Assembly: GCF_036321535.1 (NCBI RefSeq)
Contig: NC_087436.1
Span: forward strand, 111,044,001-111,108,000
DNA: 64,000 nucleotides
Direction of reading: 5' to 3'
Origin: Camelus dromedarius
Lineage: Eukaryota
Shown here: positions 11,065 to 24,549 of the stretch, one piece after another
How positions within the stretch are numbered: the first letter of the stretch is position 1
How the letters are laid out: the number at the start of each line of letters is the position of its first letter
Notes under the pieces: model-generated
Databases searched by the model: none
Told to the model about the DNA's origin: nothing
What the model saw: only the letters and a program-made list of their open reading frames with translations
Position numbers and translations under genes: made by a program

Positions 11065-14000
11065 TGTAACAAAAGTGGTAGTCATAAGAAAGTTAGTGTG
11101 TCTGATATAACATCAGATATAGTAAACTTCAGACCAAGAAATAGGACTTTGGAACAACGATAAAGAGGAGCATTTTTTAATGATGATGAGATCAATCCAC
11201 AAAGGAGCCATAATATAAAAGTATATGTGTACCTAATACCAGAGATTTGAAATACATGAAGCAAAAACTGACGGAACTTAAAGGACAAAGTTAAGATAGA
11301 AAGTTAGTAGAAGTGTAGAAGAACGCTTTCAATCAAGTAGGCCTAAATAATTCTAATAACTGCAGATACATGTTCTTTTCAAATGTATATGGAATATTCA
11401 CCAATATAGATCAGATGCTACCTGCAAGTCAAATCTCAGTAAATTTAAAATGGTTGTAATCTTGCAAAATGTGTTTTATGATCACAAGGAATTCAGCTGG
11501 AATTCAGTAGCATTTCTGGAAAATTCCCAAATATTTGGAAATTAAACAGTACATTTATAACTTACATGTAAAACAAGGCATCATAAGGGAAATTAAGAAC
11601 CATATCAAACTGATGAAAATGAAGAGACAACTTATCAGAATTTATGAGATGGCGCTAAAGGAGTGAATAGGGAAAAATTTATAGCTTTGAGTGCTTTTAT
11701 TAGAAAATGACAAAGGTCACATATCAATGTGAACTTTCACCTCAAAAACTTAGAAAAATAAGTGCAAATAAAATAAAAATGATTAGAAGGAAGAATGTAT
11801 TAAAGGTAATGCAGAAATCAAAAATGTAGAAAAGGGTAGACAGTAAAATGATTGAAACTATAAGTGGTCTTTTGGAGGAAAAAATCAATAAAATTGCTAA
11901 CATTTTGGCCAGAGTGATCAGTAAAGTAGAGGAGATAATTAAGCTGATATTGGAAATGAAAGGGATATCACTGCAGATTGTACAAACATTAAAAAGGTAA
12001 TAAGAAAAATCTTTGAACAGTTTTATGCGAATAAATACTATAACTTAAATACAAATTGCCAAAACTGATCAATTAAGAAATAGATAACTTGAACAGTTTT
12101 ATATTGACCTAAAAAAACTTGGATTCATAATTTAAAACCTTAACCATAAAGAAAACTCCAGGGGTCTGGTTTACAGTTAATGAATAAATATTGTAATACA
12201 CAAACTCAGAAAACAGAGAAGGATGGTTTAGTTCCCAGTTTGCTTTATGAGGCAAACATAACCTTGTTACCTTAACAAAGACATTTCAGTAGAAAGGATG
12301 CTTAAAATCATTAGTCATCAAGAAACTGCATGTTACAACCTCTATGATATACCCATACATGTATATTCATTAGAGTGGCTAAAGTTAAAAAGATTGACAT
12401 TGCCATATGTTGGTAAGTCTGTGGTGCAACTGGATCTCTCACATATTACTGGTGGGAATGTAAAAGAGTATATCCATATTGCAAAACAACGTTCAATTCC
12501 TTAAAATATTAACAACAAGCCAAAACAATTTTACCACTCAACTCAACGATAACACTCTTAGATATTTATTTAAGAGAAATGATTACATATATTCACAAAG
12601 AGTTGGTATGCATGTACACATCAACTTTATTTATAATAGTCACGCATTTTAAAGAACCCAAATGTTCATCAACATGAAAATTGATAAGCAGGTTGTCCTA
12701 TATCCATATAAGGGAATACACCTCAGCAGTTAAAAGTACTGATGCATGCAATCTTCATGATAGGTTGCTGAGTAAAAGAAGCTAGACACAAAAGAGTACA
12801 TGCTCTGATTCCATTTATGTGCAACTATAGAAAAGACAAGTCTAATTTATAATGACAGAAAATAGATTAGTGTTTCTTTGGGTTTGGGGTTCTTTCAGAC
12901 AGCTTATTCAAAACAGCACAAGGGTACCATTTCAATTAATAGGAATAGTCTATGTCTGGATTATGTTAAATGAATGTATGCTTTGTCAAAATTTATTAAA
13001 CTTTTTTAAAATTGGCATATAATATTGTATGACAATTGTATCTCTATAAAATTGACTGTAAAAAAAATCAGAGTACATGTTTGTCAGCTGACTGTGCAAT
13101 AGAGGAAGTTTGTGAAGTGGAATATATGTAGTAGGAGAAATTAAGCAAAATGCAGCTAAGTAAAGAGAAGGATGTATAAAATACAGGAGAGAGAGCAGCA
13201 TGTAAGCATTGTAAGAACAACTTGGATACTTTTGATTGGATTCTAATGAAGGATGTTAACATCAACAGATGTTCACTAAAGGAGGTACCTTGGGGCAGAA
13301 GGAAAGTATTCCTAGATGAATGCTCTGAGATATGATAAGGAATGAAGAGCAATGACAGTAAATATGTGTGCAAACATAAAAGAACATAATGTTTAGTGAA
13401 GTACATGAAGTAATAACAAATAAGAAGGAAGTCTAAGTCCTGGAAGGATGAGAAAAGATTTTGATTAATTTTAGACTTATACCCTAATTTCTGGGAGAAC
13501 CTCGAAAAGAATAGAGATAGAAGGCTTAATTTTCATACTGATAAAGGAGAAACAAAATTGAATGAAAAATACTCAGTCAATTTCAAAATTTGAAAGAAAG
13601 GAGAAAAATAGAAGCTGGATACAAATAGAACAAAAGTAGATAAGGAATTTAAACCCAAATATAAACTTCTAAATTTAAATTACTAAATTCTGATGAAATG
13701 TTGTAGTGTTTTAAAAAAGAAATTCCATGTTATTTAATAATACAGAAAGGTTATAAAGAAATAACTGAAAATGACCTTATGGAAACAGTAACCAAAATTG
13801 TGTTATAGCTGTGTAATATTAGACCATATAGTTGAATACAAAAATCATTCCTAGAAATAAAATGGGTCACTTCATAATTATATAAAGTTCTGTTCACCAG
13901 GAAGATAAAACAATTAGAAGGACTTGATAATATAGCCTCAAAAACTTACAAAACAAAATTTTAAAGAGCAGTAGACAAAGCCACAGTTTTATAGGAGATT

Positions 14001-15280
14001 TTGCATACTTTTTCTCAACACTTCATAGAAAAAACAAACATTAAAAAACAAAAATGAGTAAGGATGATTAAAGAACACAAATAACATGTTAACCTAATGA
14101 ACAAATAAAGAATGTTGCATCCAACAATTTTAGAGTACATATTCTTTTTAAGTATATGTAGAGAAGTTTCAAAAATTGTTTATATCAACTATAAAGACAG
14201 AAAATTTCAAAGGATTGGAATGATGTTGGGCATTTTCTTTGATTACAGTGTAGAAATCTGTAAAAAGGGTAGACTGTCCATATATATTTGGAAATTAAGA
14301 ATTATGCTTCTAAAAAACATGAATCCAAAAAGAAGTCATAATGGAAATTAGGAAATATTTTGACTCAATGATGAGAAAATAATGACACATCAAAAGTTGT
14401 GGAATGCAGCTTAAAGGAGTACATAGATAGAAACTGATAACTTTAAATGCATATGTCAGAGAATAAGAAAGGCTGAAAGTTAATAAGCTGCAAATCCATT
14501 GCAGGAAGGAAAAATATAAGAGCAAAATAAACACTAAATAGATGGCAGGAAGAAATAAAAACAGGCACAGGAATTTAATGGCTAAGAAAACAAACATATA
14601 GTAGAGAAGATCAAGGAATCAAAAAAAGAATTCTTTTTAGATCTAAAAAAATGAGAAACTTCTAATGAGCTTGACCGAGAAAAAAGAGAAATAAATGAAG
14701 TGTAGAATGAGAAGCAAAAAGGACATGACTGCAGGGCTGTTGACATTAGATAGATATAAGATATGAAGAAACATTTTATGCAAATAAATTAGAAAATATA
14801 GTTGAAATGGGCAGGTTCCCAGAAAACTATAACTAATGTGAGAAATAGAATGTATGAGTAGTCCTTTGACGGTTAAATAAACTTGATCATTAAGTACTTC
14901 AGAAAGACTATTCCCAGTTGACATCCCTGACATGTTTTTTTAACTGTTCAAGCATGGCATCTTACATTTCCTAATTTTTTCCCAGAGAGTGGAAAAAGAA
15001 AGAACATTTCCACTCATATGAGAGTACATAACATTGATGTCAAAGCTTGACCAAGTACAAAGGAAATTTATGGATCATCAGTCTCATTGGTGAACATTGA
15101 CGCAGACATATGAAAGGAATAATCAGGACAGGAAACCTAGCAGATATATCTCATGATAATATTGGGTTTTCCCAGGAATGGAGGAAGATTGGTTTAATAT
15201 TCAGTGTAATTCTCCATATTAAGAGATGTAAGACAGAAAAATGACAAGGTTATTTCAATAGATTCAAAGTAAATTTGGTA

Positions 15281-15706
15281 CTCAACCACAAGAAATAATG
15301 AAATTTTGCCACTTGTAACAACATGGATGGGCCTGGAAGGTATTATGCTTCATGAAATAAGTCAGACAGAGCAAGACAAATACTGTATGTTTTCACTTAT
15401 AAATGAAATCTAAAAAATTAAACAAGTAAACAAATATAACAAAACAAACAGACTCAAGATACAGAGAAGAAACTAGTAGTTACCAGAGGGAAGAAGGGTA
15501 AAATAAGTGAAGGGGATTGAGAGGTACAAACTACTAGGTATAAAATTTAAAAAAAATTACAAGGATGTCATCTACAGTACAGGAAGTATGGTCAGTATTT
15601 TATAATAGCTTTACATAGAGTATAGTCTATGAAATATATTGAATTACTGTGTTGTATGCCTTAAACATAGTATTGTAAGTAGATTGATTGATTGATTGAT
15701 TGATTG
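15281..15706 (+). mobile_element. 5'-truncated L1 3' end nested in the older L1
   Basis: caacatggatgggcctggaaggtattatgct...gtgttgtatgcc; flanking 8-bp duplication atttggta (15273-15280 and 15707-15714). Confidence 0.8.
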
Positions 15707-15709
15707 ATT
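15682..15709 (+). repeat. (GATT)7 microsatellite
   Basis: Seven perfect GATT units read directly. Confidence 0.95.
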
Positions 15710-16661
15710 TGGTAAAAATTCAAGGTCTTTTCATGGCAGGGCCCCCAGCCCCCCAACTTCCAGCAAGCTAGACATAGAAGGAACTTCTTAATGTGATAAG
15801 TAGTATTTATCTTAAAGAATACAGCAAACATATTTAATGATGAAAATTGGAATGCTTTCCCATTTACATTGGGTATAAGTCAAGGATGCTCACTATCACC
15901 ACTAATTTTCAACATTATAATGGAGGTCCTAGCTAAAGCAATACGGCAAGAACAGGAAAAAAGAAAGCAATAAGGATTGGAAAGGAAAAAACAAAACTAC
16001 GATTATGTATAGATGATATATTTGTGTATGTAGAGCATTTTCAGATAAATTGTTATAGTTACAGAGTTCAGAATGTTTAGATACAAAGTCTGTTTACAAA
16101 CATTAATTGTGCTCTACAAGCCTACAAGAAACAGAACTTTAAAGATATTTATAATAGCACCAACACTATGCAGTATGAATAAATCTTTACAGGCTATCTA
16201 TATCTATATATATATACCGTGGTCTTACCTACTGAAGAATTGAGAAACCCGATAGAATAAAAATATAAGTCCTTACTTGCTTTCTTCTTAAGGCTTTAAG
16301 GCTCTTTCTTTCAAGCTTAAGTCTAGGAAATGTACATTGTTTAAATTCAGTATACTTATGTAGGGAGAGGCTATACATTTTGTCCAAAATACCAGAGAAT
16401 AACATCCTAAAATAGTGGTTTGCAATATTATTTTTGAAGTAAATTGATCATAGCAGAAAAGAGTATCTTACTAGTAGAGATTTGGAGCTCATTCAGTCTG
16501 AATTTTTATCCAATGTGAAAGTCTTCTGTAGCATTCTAAAAAGTATTCTCTGGTGGAAGTTCATTCATTTTTCTGCTTGAAATTTCTACTCATGGGAAAT
16601 CGTCTTGAATTATTTTACCAAGATTTTATTAAGTACATATTTACCATGTACTGTGATAGCA

Positions 16662-16832
16662 CCTTACTTTGTCAAATTTAAGGCATCATTTGTTATAAGA
16701 TGCATTATTCCTTCATCTTACAGTAAATGAAAAAATACTGCCACTTTTTGACACACCATCGATTTTAATATTCATTTTGATTATAGAGATTTTAAAACAT
16801 TTAAAAAAGCATTTTATAATTTATGGAACATT
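16662..16832. mobile_element. Degenerate Tc2-type MITE (MER104-like)
   Basis: Motifs gacacaccatcgatttt and taagatgcattatt resemble the recalled MER104 consensus. Confidence 0.45.
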
Positions 16833-17700
16833 TCTACAGAAGTATTTCTACTGTTTTACAGTTTAAGAATACTAATCTACTTTATTTTTCTTTTTGCAGA
16901 TCTATAATGCTTTCTTTAGTTCTTTTTCCTCCATAATTTAAGCATCCTTAAATTTGTTCCTTTTCTTGGTATCCCAGTTATTTTGTCATCCTGGTCATTT
17001 TTCGTTGGATGCCTTGTAGTTTATCAATAACCTGCTTAAAATTGAATGTGATACAGACTTCAAAAAGCAAATTGTAAAATTAGCCAGAAAGTAAAATGCT
17101 TCTGTAAGCATTTCTGTAATTCATGAACTAGAGCTTTGTTAATAAGATTTTCAGTAATGTTTGTCCTTAAAACAAGGCGAAATTGTTGTTTTAAGTTTTA
17201 CAAGTAAGTTTAAATTTAAACATCATATTTTTCACAGCAAGAATTTCTCTCCATTGACACTCATTTACTCATTTTTGTAACTGAGGTTAAAGATGCTACT
17301 TTAAGTTAACATTTTTTGTAACCAGTGTAAATAATTATAATACATGTCTCTTTTAATTATTCTTCTCCTCTTAACAAAATCATTGCGAAACAAATCTGCC
17401 CATTATTTTAACCTGGGGATGTTTCTAAATGACAAAAATGTTTATTTGTTTTAGTAGTGAATATTCACATTTGAGTATTTACCTTTTTTACAATATCATA
17501 ATTCCTGGTAGTCATTGTGTGACTTCTTACTATGTTGTATACATTGCCTAGTTCAGCTTCATTCAACTAAAGGAAAAATGACCCCCCATAATATGTTAAA
17601 TTTATAATTTTCTGATTTGTGTAGAGTTTATGGTTTTTTGATTATTATAAAATTAAGCTTTTTTAGTAGTTAATACACTTTTCTCTCTTTACTAACACAG

Positions 17701-17766
17701 GTTTTGAGAGTATTTTAGAAGGGCTTTATGGACCACGGCTACGAAGAGACCTCAGTTTATTTGAAG
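17701..17766 (+). CDS. LCORL: LCORL internal coding exon (exon 2), 66 bp, phase 1/1
   Basis: Acceptor ttctctctttactaacacAG ends at 17700; donor AAG|gtaatt at 17767. Translates (G)[21 protein letters not shown](D), matching the mammalian LCORL N-terminus as I recall it. Confidence 0.96.
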
Positions 17767-19753
17767 GTAATTTTTAAAAAATTTTATTAAAAAATTTTAA
17801 CCTGTCCATTTTACAAATGAAAAAACTAGTTGTTCTATACTAACTTTATATTAAAATGAATTTGTGATCTCATTTAATTAGAAAATATTTTTTAAATAAA
17901 ATGATGCAAATATTGTTTCTATGATTACATAATGTTATATAATCTTTTAAAAACTTTTAGTACACTGATCAGAATGAAAAATGAAGCTTGTTTTTGGCTT
18001 GGTGGTAAAATTTAATTTTTGTTATTTTACATATTATGTGCCTAACTTTTTTTTAAAGAGGACTTAAAGGGGTTCGAGTAAATATATATCTCCTGTTGCT
18101 ATGATATGGGTGGCCTAGACCTCCGATTGTCACTCTGAGAAATCCTGCCATGTGTGTTCAGAGTTTTATATTTATATATAACCCTATTTGTTATTTACTA
18201 TAGCCTCCTCTTCCAAACATTCTAACATAAATCCTGGAGGGAGATTTTGATCTATGCTATAATTGCTGTGCTATAGTTTAGTTTTTTAATTGTTTGCTTG
18301 GAAATGTAGAGCACTAAGAACATTTTGATAGACATTTGAAATTTTATAGTACAGTTCATTCACAAAATGGGCAGTGCTAGTATATGTATTTTTTCTACTT
18401 TGATTTTGATAGAATTATTTCTTAGTCCCATGCCTGGTCAATTTTATATACTAACTCTTATCTTCTGTAAAACTCTGGTACTTTCCATCCTACAAAGACC
18501 CAACATATCTCTAAAAGTCCTTCTCTCTTGTATAAATAAGTCTTTTGAGTTGAGTGAGCGATAGTGATAGTGGGAGTGTTTGAAGTTTTCTACTCATTCT
18601 TTATTAATGTTGAACAGGGTAACTGAGTTATGAATCATACAGCTGAAAGCATTTATGGAGAGATCATTTGTCCCAACCAGCCATCTTCAGTCAGATGAAT
18701 AATATCCCTGCAGAACATGACTTTTAGAACGGAGACCCCAAAATGTGCCTTTTCAGTGTTTTATCATTCTTATGGCTGAGAACTTTTTCTTATATCTCTT
18801 AACTTTACTCATTTCTTATTTTATCATGGTTTAACACTAAATTAAATATTTTACCTGATATATTTATAACCAATACTAATTATAGTTTCACCTATTTTTC
18901 TGAGCATGTAAATGAAGAAAAGAAAAATCTAATGAAACAATTTAACCTATGCTTGATATTTCTTCAACTTTCCCTTTTTAACCTGCTCTCTTCATTCGTA
19001 TCAGAAGGCAGCATTATGCTTAACGGCCTTTTATAACACAAGTTGCAAGCCTCTTGTTTCCCCCACTTTCATTTATTTATTTATGTAGTATGTATATATT
19101 TATGTTTCTTCAGAAATTAGTTGTTTATTACATAAAGGGCAGAATGTCCTAAGGAAATAAATTTTTTATATTTTATTTTTAGACTAGTTTTTTCTTAGTA
19201 TTTAAGTAATGTATGTTCATTTTTGGAAATTAGAAAATACAAATGAGTCAGAAAGAAAAATATTACCCCTAGTCCCATGACCCACAGATGACCTTTAACA
19301 TTTTTATATAAATTTAAAATATGTGTTTGGATGCATTTATACTTTTATTGAAGTTGTATATACAGTATATATAGTTTTTTGTGCCCACTGTTTTTATTCA
19401 CTAGTGTTACCATTTGGGTTTACTGTTTTTTTCACTAGTACATCATTTGAGTATATAAATTTCTGGATCATCATTCTTAATAGCTGCACAGTATTTCATT
19501 GTAGAACTATTATAATTATTTAAGTAATTTAATATCCTATTGTTTATACCTCATTCCATTTATTTTTTTAATTCTGATCTTTTACTTTATGCCTACTAGG
19601 GACTCATGGCTTAGTATTAACTCAAAACTGAGTATTTTTCTCGTATGAATTGATGATTATTTATATTAAAACTAGAGAATCTAATACTATTTTGTAAGTA
19701 GTTATATGTTATATTAACTCTTCACAGTGTGTACACAAGGACTTTCAAGTGTA

Positions 19754-22312
19754 CAGGCATACCTCAGAGGTATTGTGGGTTTAGTTCCAGACTACTTCGA
19801 TAAAGAGAGTAATATGATAAAGTGAATATTTTGGTTTCCCAGTGCATATAAAAGTTATGCTTACACTGTAGCATAGTCTCTTTAAGTGGTAATAATAGCC
19901 TTATGTCTGAAAAAGCAATGTACATACCCTAATTTAAAATATTTTATTGCTAAAACATGTTAACCATCACTTGAGCCTTCAGCAAGTCATAATCATTTTG
20001 CTGGTAGAGGGTCTTGCCTTGATCATCCTAATACAAAATAAGCATTCAAAATATTTATGGCTGCTTACTGATCAGAGTGGTAGTTGCTGAAGGTTGTAGT
20101 GGTTATGGTAATTTCTTAAAATAAGATGAGAATGATGTTTGCCACATCAACTGACTCTTTCAGATTCTCTGTAGCATTCAGTGCTATTTATTAGCATATT
20201 ACCCACAGTAGAAATTCTTTGAAAATTGGAGTCAGTCCTCTCAAAACCTGCCATTGCTTTATTAACTGAGTTATTGTGAAACTCTAAATTCCTTGTTGTC
20301 ATTTCAACGGTCTTCACAGTATCTTCCTCAGGAGTAGATTCCATCTCAAGAAACCAGTTTCTTTGCTCATCCATAAGAAGCAATTCCTCATCCTTTAAGA
20401 TTTTATCATGAGTTTGCGACAGTTCAGTCACATTTTCAAGGTGCTGCCTCTAATTCCATTTCTTTTGCTATTTCCACCATATCTGCAGTTACTTCTTCCA
20501 CTGAAAGTCATCTGTGAGGGTTGGAATCAGCTGCTTCAAAATTCCTTTTTTTTTTCTTTTTAGTTTATTTTATTTCTACTTTTTCTTGGAGCCGGGAGGT
20601 AATTCGATGTATTTATTTTTTCATGGAGGTGCTGGGGATCGAACCCAAGACCTCTTGCATGCTAAGCACATGCTCTCCCACTGAGCTATACCCTCCCTAC
20701 AAAATTCCTTTTAATGTAGATGTCCTGACCTCTTCCCATGAATCACACATGTTCTTTATAGTATCTAGAATGGTGAATCCATTCCAGAAAGTTTTCAATT
20801 TACTTTGCCCAGATCCGTCAGAGGAATCACTTTCTATGACAACTACAACCTTATGAAATGTATTTCTTAAATAAGACTTGAAAGTTGAAATTACTCCTAA
20901 ACCCATGGACTGCAGAATGGATGTTGTGTTAGCAGACATGAAAACAACATGAATCTTGTTGTACATCTCCAGCAGAGCTGTTGGATGAACAGGTACATTG
21001 TCAATTAGCAGTCACATTTTGACAGGATTTTTTTTTTTTTTTTTTTTGACCAGTAGGTCTCAACAATGGGCTTAAAACGTTCAGCAAACCATATTGTCAA
21101 CAGATATGTTGTCATCCATGCTTTGTTATCCCATTTATAGAGCAGAGATAGTGTGGATTTAGCATCATCCTTAGGGTCCCTAGAATTTTTGGAATGGTAA
21201 ATGAGCATTGGTTTCAACCTCAAATTATCAGCTGCATTAACCTCTAATAAGATAGTCAGACTTTTGAAGCTTTGAAGCCAGACATTGACTTTTTCCTCCT
21301 TAGCTATGAAAGCCCTGGATTGTGTCTTCTTCCAGTATGCGGCTGTTTTGTTTACATTTAAAATCTGTTGTTTACTGTGGCCACTTTCATTAATTATCTT
21401 AGGTGAATCTTCTGGATAACTTGCTGCAGCTCCTCAATAGGCACTGTTGCTTCACCTTACACTTTTATGTTATGGAGATGACTTCCTTCTTTAAATGTCA
21501 TGAACCAGTCTCTGCTAGGTTTAAACTTTTCTTCTGCAGCTTCCTCACCTTTCTCAGCTTTCATAGAATTGAAGAGAATTAGGGCCTTGCTCTGAATTAG
21601 GTTTTGGTTTAAGGGACTGTTGTGGATGGCTATCCAGACCACTAAAACATTTATATCAGCGGTAAGACTGTTCTGCTTTCTTATTTTGTGTTCACTGGCA
21701 TAGCAGTTTTCATTTCCTTCAAGAACTTTTCCTTTGCTTTCACAACCTGGCTGTTTAGCATAAGTGGCCTAGCTTTCAGTCTGTCTCAGCTTTTGGTATG
21801 CTTTCCTCACTAAGCTTAATCATTCCTAGCTTTTGATTTAAAGTGAGAGGCTTGCTACTACTCCTTTCACTTGAACTCTTAGAGGCCATTGTGGGGTTAT
21901 TTATTGGCCTAATTTCAGTATTATTGTATCTCAGGGAATAGAGAGGCCCAACAAGAGGAAGAGAGAGCTGGGGACAGGCCAGTTGGTGGAGCAGTCAGAA
22001 CACACACACAACATCTATTAAGTTTGCCATCTTATATTGGCACAGTTCGTAGCACCCCAAAACAATTGTAATAGTAATGTCAAAGATCACTGATTACAGA
22101 TCACCATAGCAAATATAATAATAATGAAAAAGTTTGAAGTGTTGTGAGAATTACTAAAATTGACACAGAGATACAAAGTGAATAAATGCTGTTGGAAAAA
22201 TGGCAGATATACTTGCTCAACACAGCGTTGCCACAAACCTTCAGTTTGTAAAAAATTCAGTATCTGCGAAATGCAATAAAGCAAAGTGCAATAAAACAAT
22301 AAGACTGCCTTG
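19754..22312 (-). mobile_element. Near full-length Tigger1 DNA transposon with a decayed pogo-like transposase
   Basis: Terminus CAGGCATACCTC after TA (19752-19753), degenerate opposite terminus followed by TA (22313-22314). ORFs 21457..21642, 21005..21223, 20697..20966 and 20147..20431 are collinear Tigger1/TIGD1-like peptides ([27 protein letters not shown]). Confidence 0.95.
20550..20699 (-). mobile_element. tRNA-derived SINE (vic-1-like) inserted in Tigger1
   Basis: Minus-strand box A tagctcagtggg and box B ggttcgatccc; perfect 13-bp TSD caaaattcctttt (20537-20549 and 20700-20712) at a TT/AAAA site. Confidence 0.92.
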
Positions 22313-22314
22313 TA

Positions 22315-23140
22315 TAGATGTACCACAGTTTGCTTATCCAGTCACTTATCTGAAAGACCTCTTGGTCACTTCCTAGGTTTGGCAATTAGGAATAAAGTTG
22401 CTATAAACATTTGTGTGCAGGTTTTTGTGTGGACGTAACTTTCAGCATATTTGGGTAAATACCTAGAAGTACCATTGCTAGATCATTTGAAAGGGAAAGA
22501 CTGTGTTTAGCTTTGTAAGAAACTGTCAGACTATCTTCATGAGTGGCTGTAATACTTTGCGTTCCCACCAGCAGTAACAAGGTCCTTTTGCTTTACATCC
22601 TCACCAGCATTTCATGTTGTCAACTTTTTGGACTTTACATTCTAATAGGTGTATAGTGATATCTCACTGTACTTTGCATTTCTCTGATGGCATATGATAG
22701 TGAGCACCTTTTCATTTGCTTATTTGCTATATGCATATCTTCTCAGGTGAGGTGTCTGTTCAAGCAGGTTTTGGAGTTATAGAATGAGTTAGGAAATATT
22801 TCCTCTGCTTCCTTTTTCTGAAACAAATTATTAGAGAAACCATTTGGGCTGATGCTTTCTGTTTTGGAACATTACTAATTATTGATTTAATTTCTTTAAT
22901 TGATAAATGCCTATTGAGATTATGTATTTTTTCTTGTGTGAGATATGGTAGATTTATATCTTCTTTTAATCCAAGTTTGTGGGAAACTAATGTTGTCCAT
23001 AATATTCTTTTGTTATTCTTTTAGTACTTAGGATCAGTAATGATGGCTCATCTTTCATTTTTGATATTTTCTTTCTTCTTTTCCTTGGTTAGCTTAGCTA
23101 GAGGTTTATCATTTCATTAATCTTTTCAAAAAATCAGCTG
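22315..23140 (-). mobile_element. L1MB-type fragment with an internal deletion near 22765
   Basis: Antisense ORF2 C-terminus, then a jump to upstream ORF2 sequence ending at ttcaaaaaatcagctg. Confidence 0.8.
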
Positions 23141-23549
23141 ACTCTAATTTTTTTAAGAGGCATAGAATGTAAACTGCAAGAGTATATTGTAAAATGTTAA
23201 TCATCTCTGAATGATGGGATTATGAATAGTGTTTCTTTTCTCCTTTGTGCTTTCAATATATTTAATACATAGTTTCATAATGAAAAATTATTTTTTAATT
23301 ATGTTACCCACTGTTCAGTTTCTTTCCTCAAAATCAAGTTATAACTATTTTTGCATGACCTTAATGAAAAACCTAATTTCAGTATTCTACTTTTTCACTT
23401 TTTATTGAGCTTTGTTAATAAACTCCAAGTTTATCTTTTGATGTTAGAGGGTATTGAAGAGAATAAAAACATTGAAAAGAAGTGTGATTAGTTAAAAGAA
23501 AATGAAAGTAACATCTGTTGGACTTACGTGTTTTGCATATGTTTTTATT

Positions 23550-23710
23550 TTATTTTTACTACAGCCTTAAGATGCAATTATTATCATTTTACAGATGAGG
23601 AAATTGAAGCTCAGAGAAAGTAACGTGCCCAAGGCCACTTCTAGTATGTGGAAAGACCATGTTTCAGTACAAGGTTGTCTAATTTCAGAGTCTGTTTTCT
23701 TTCCCATATA
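23550..23710 (-). mobile_element. MIR
   Basis: Core cattttacagatgaggaaattgaagctcagaga...gcccaaggccac. Confidence 0.8.
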
Positions 23711-24549
23711 GATTAGATAAATGATTGGAGCCTTTGACCACAAGAGTAATATACATGGTAGAAAGGTTGAACTTTTGTCATTTCTTTACCATCAGTTTTT
23801 ATATATACATCACCTTTTATTAATAAGGCTAATTGTATAAGGTACATAATTTGACCCTTTTTGAGCTTATACCTTCATGTATTAAAATCTCAAAATGAGA
23901 GACTACTTATTTTAGATATAAATATCTGATTGATTGTCAGATTTTGTTTGAGAGGTAAAATGAATGTTTTGTTGTAGTGTTTATTTAATTTTTATGACCT
24001 GGAAGGACAGCCTGGACAGAGGGAAGACATCTGGCCTAGAGTTGATTTTTCAAAATAGCTTTTCCTTACATTAGAAAGTATGTATGCCACTATCATTTAT
24101 TTGGACTGAAAATTAAAAGTTGCTATATAGAGAGTAATTATTAAATGTTTGTAAGTAAAGTCACAGATTTTTGAACCCAGTAAAATTTAACAGCATTTAT
24201 GTAATCATTGATTATTCAGTGCCATTTACTTAACCATATTGGCATTTATTTTAATTAACATTTCCTTGAATAACTCCACCTAAAATAACTAAAATAAATA
24301 AAGGTAATCTCAGCATGCCCAATTTTATTTTGCAACTGGCAATTGTTTTAATTAATCCAAAGTTGTCCCTTAAGTCAGCATATTTATCACTGAAACTTTA
24401 AGAAACCTTTCAATGATTTTTCAAAAGTACTCCTTTTCCAGACCTACTGTTTTTTCAAAAATCCCAATGCTGGATTTCTTTCATATCCTCTGTTCATGAG
24501 GCCATAATTTAAAAAGCAGTAAGGTTTCCTTGATCTATCAAAATTATGT

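Larger units (their letters stand above)
8450..13068 (+). mobile_element. Old L1 (ORF1 end, ORF2, 3' end) hosting nested insertions at 9042-11064
   Basis: Endonuclease-region remnant ggatggaaaaagacata resumes after 11064 with the 'KKAGVAILISDKVDF'-like segment; 3' end tatctctataaaattg...aaaaaaaa. Confidence 0.75.
13200..16190 (+). mobile_element. Old L1 (inter-ORF region and ORF2 remnants)
   Basis: A-rich ORF2-like sequence, including RT-region remnants (caaggatgctcactatcaccacta, gatgatatatttgtgtatgtag). Confidence 0.75.

Noticed and set aside
17768..17800. AT-only inverted repeats just after the exon 2 donor
   Set aside because: Low complexity; expected by chance at this base composition.
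20147..21642. TIGD1-like protein gene
   Set aside because: Fragmented by stops, frameshifts and a SINE insertion, and bounded by transposon ends.
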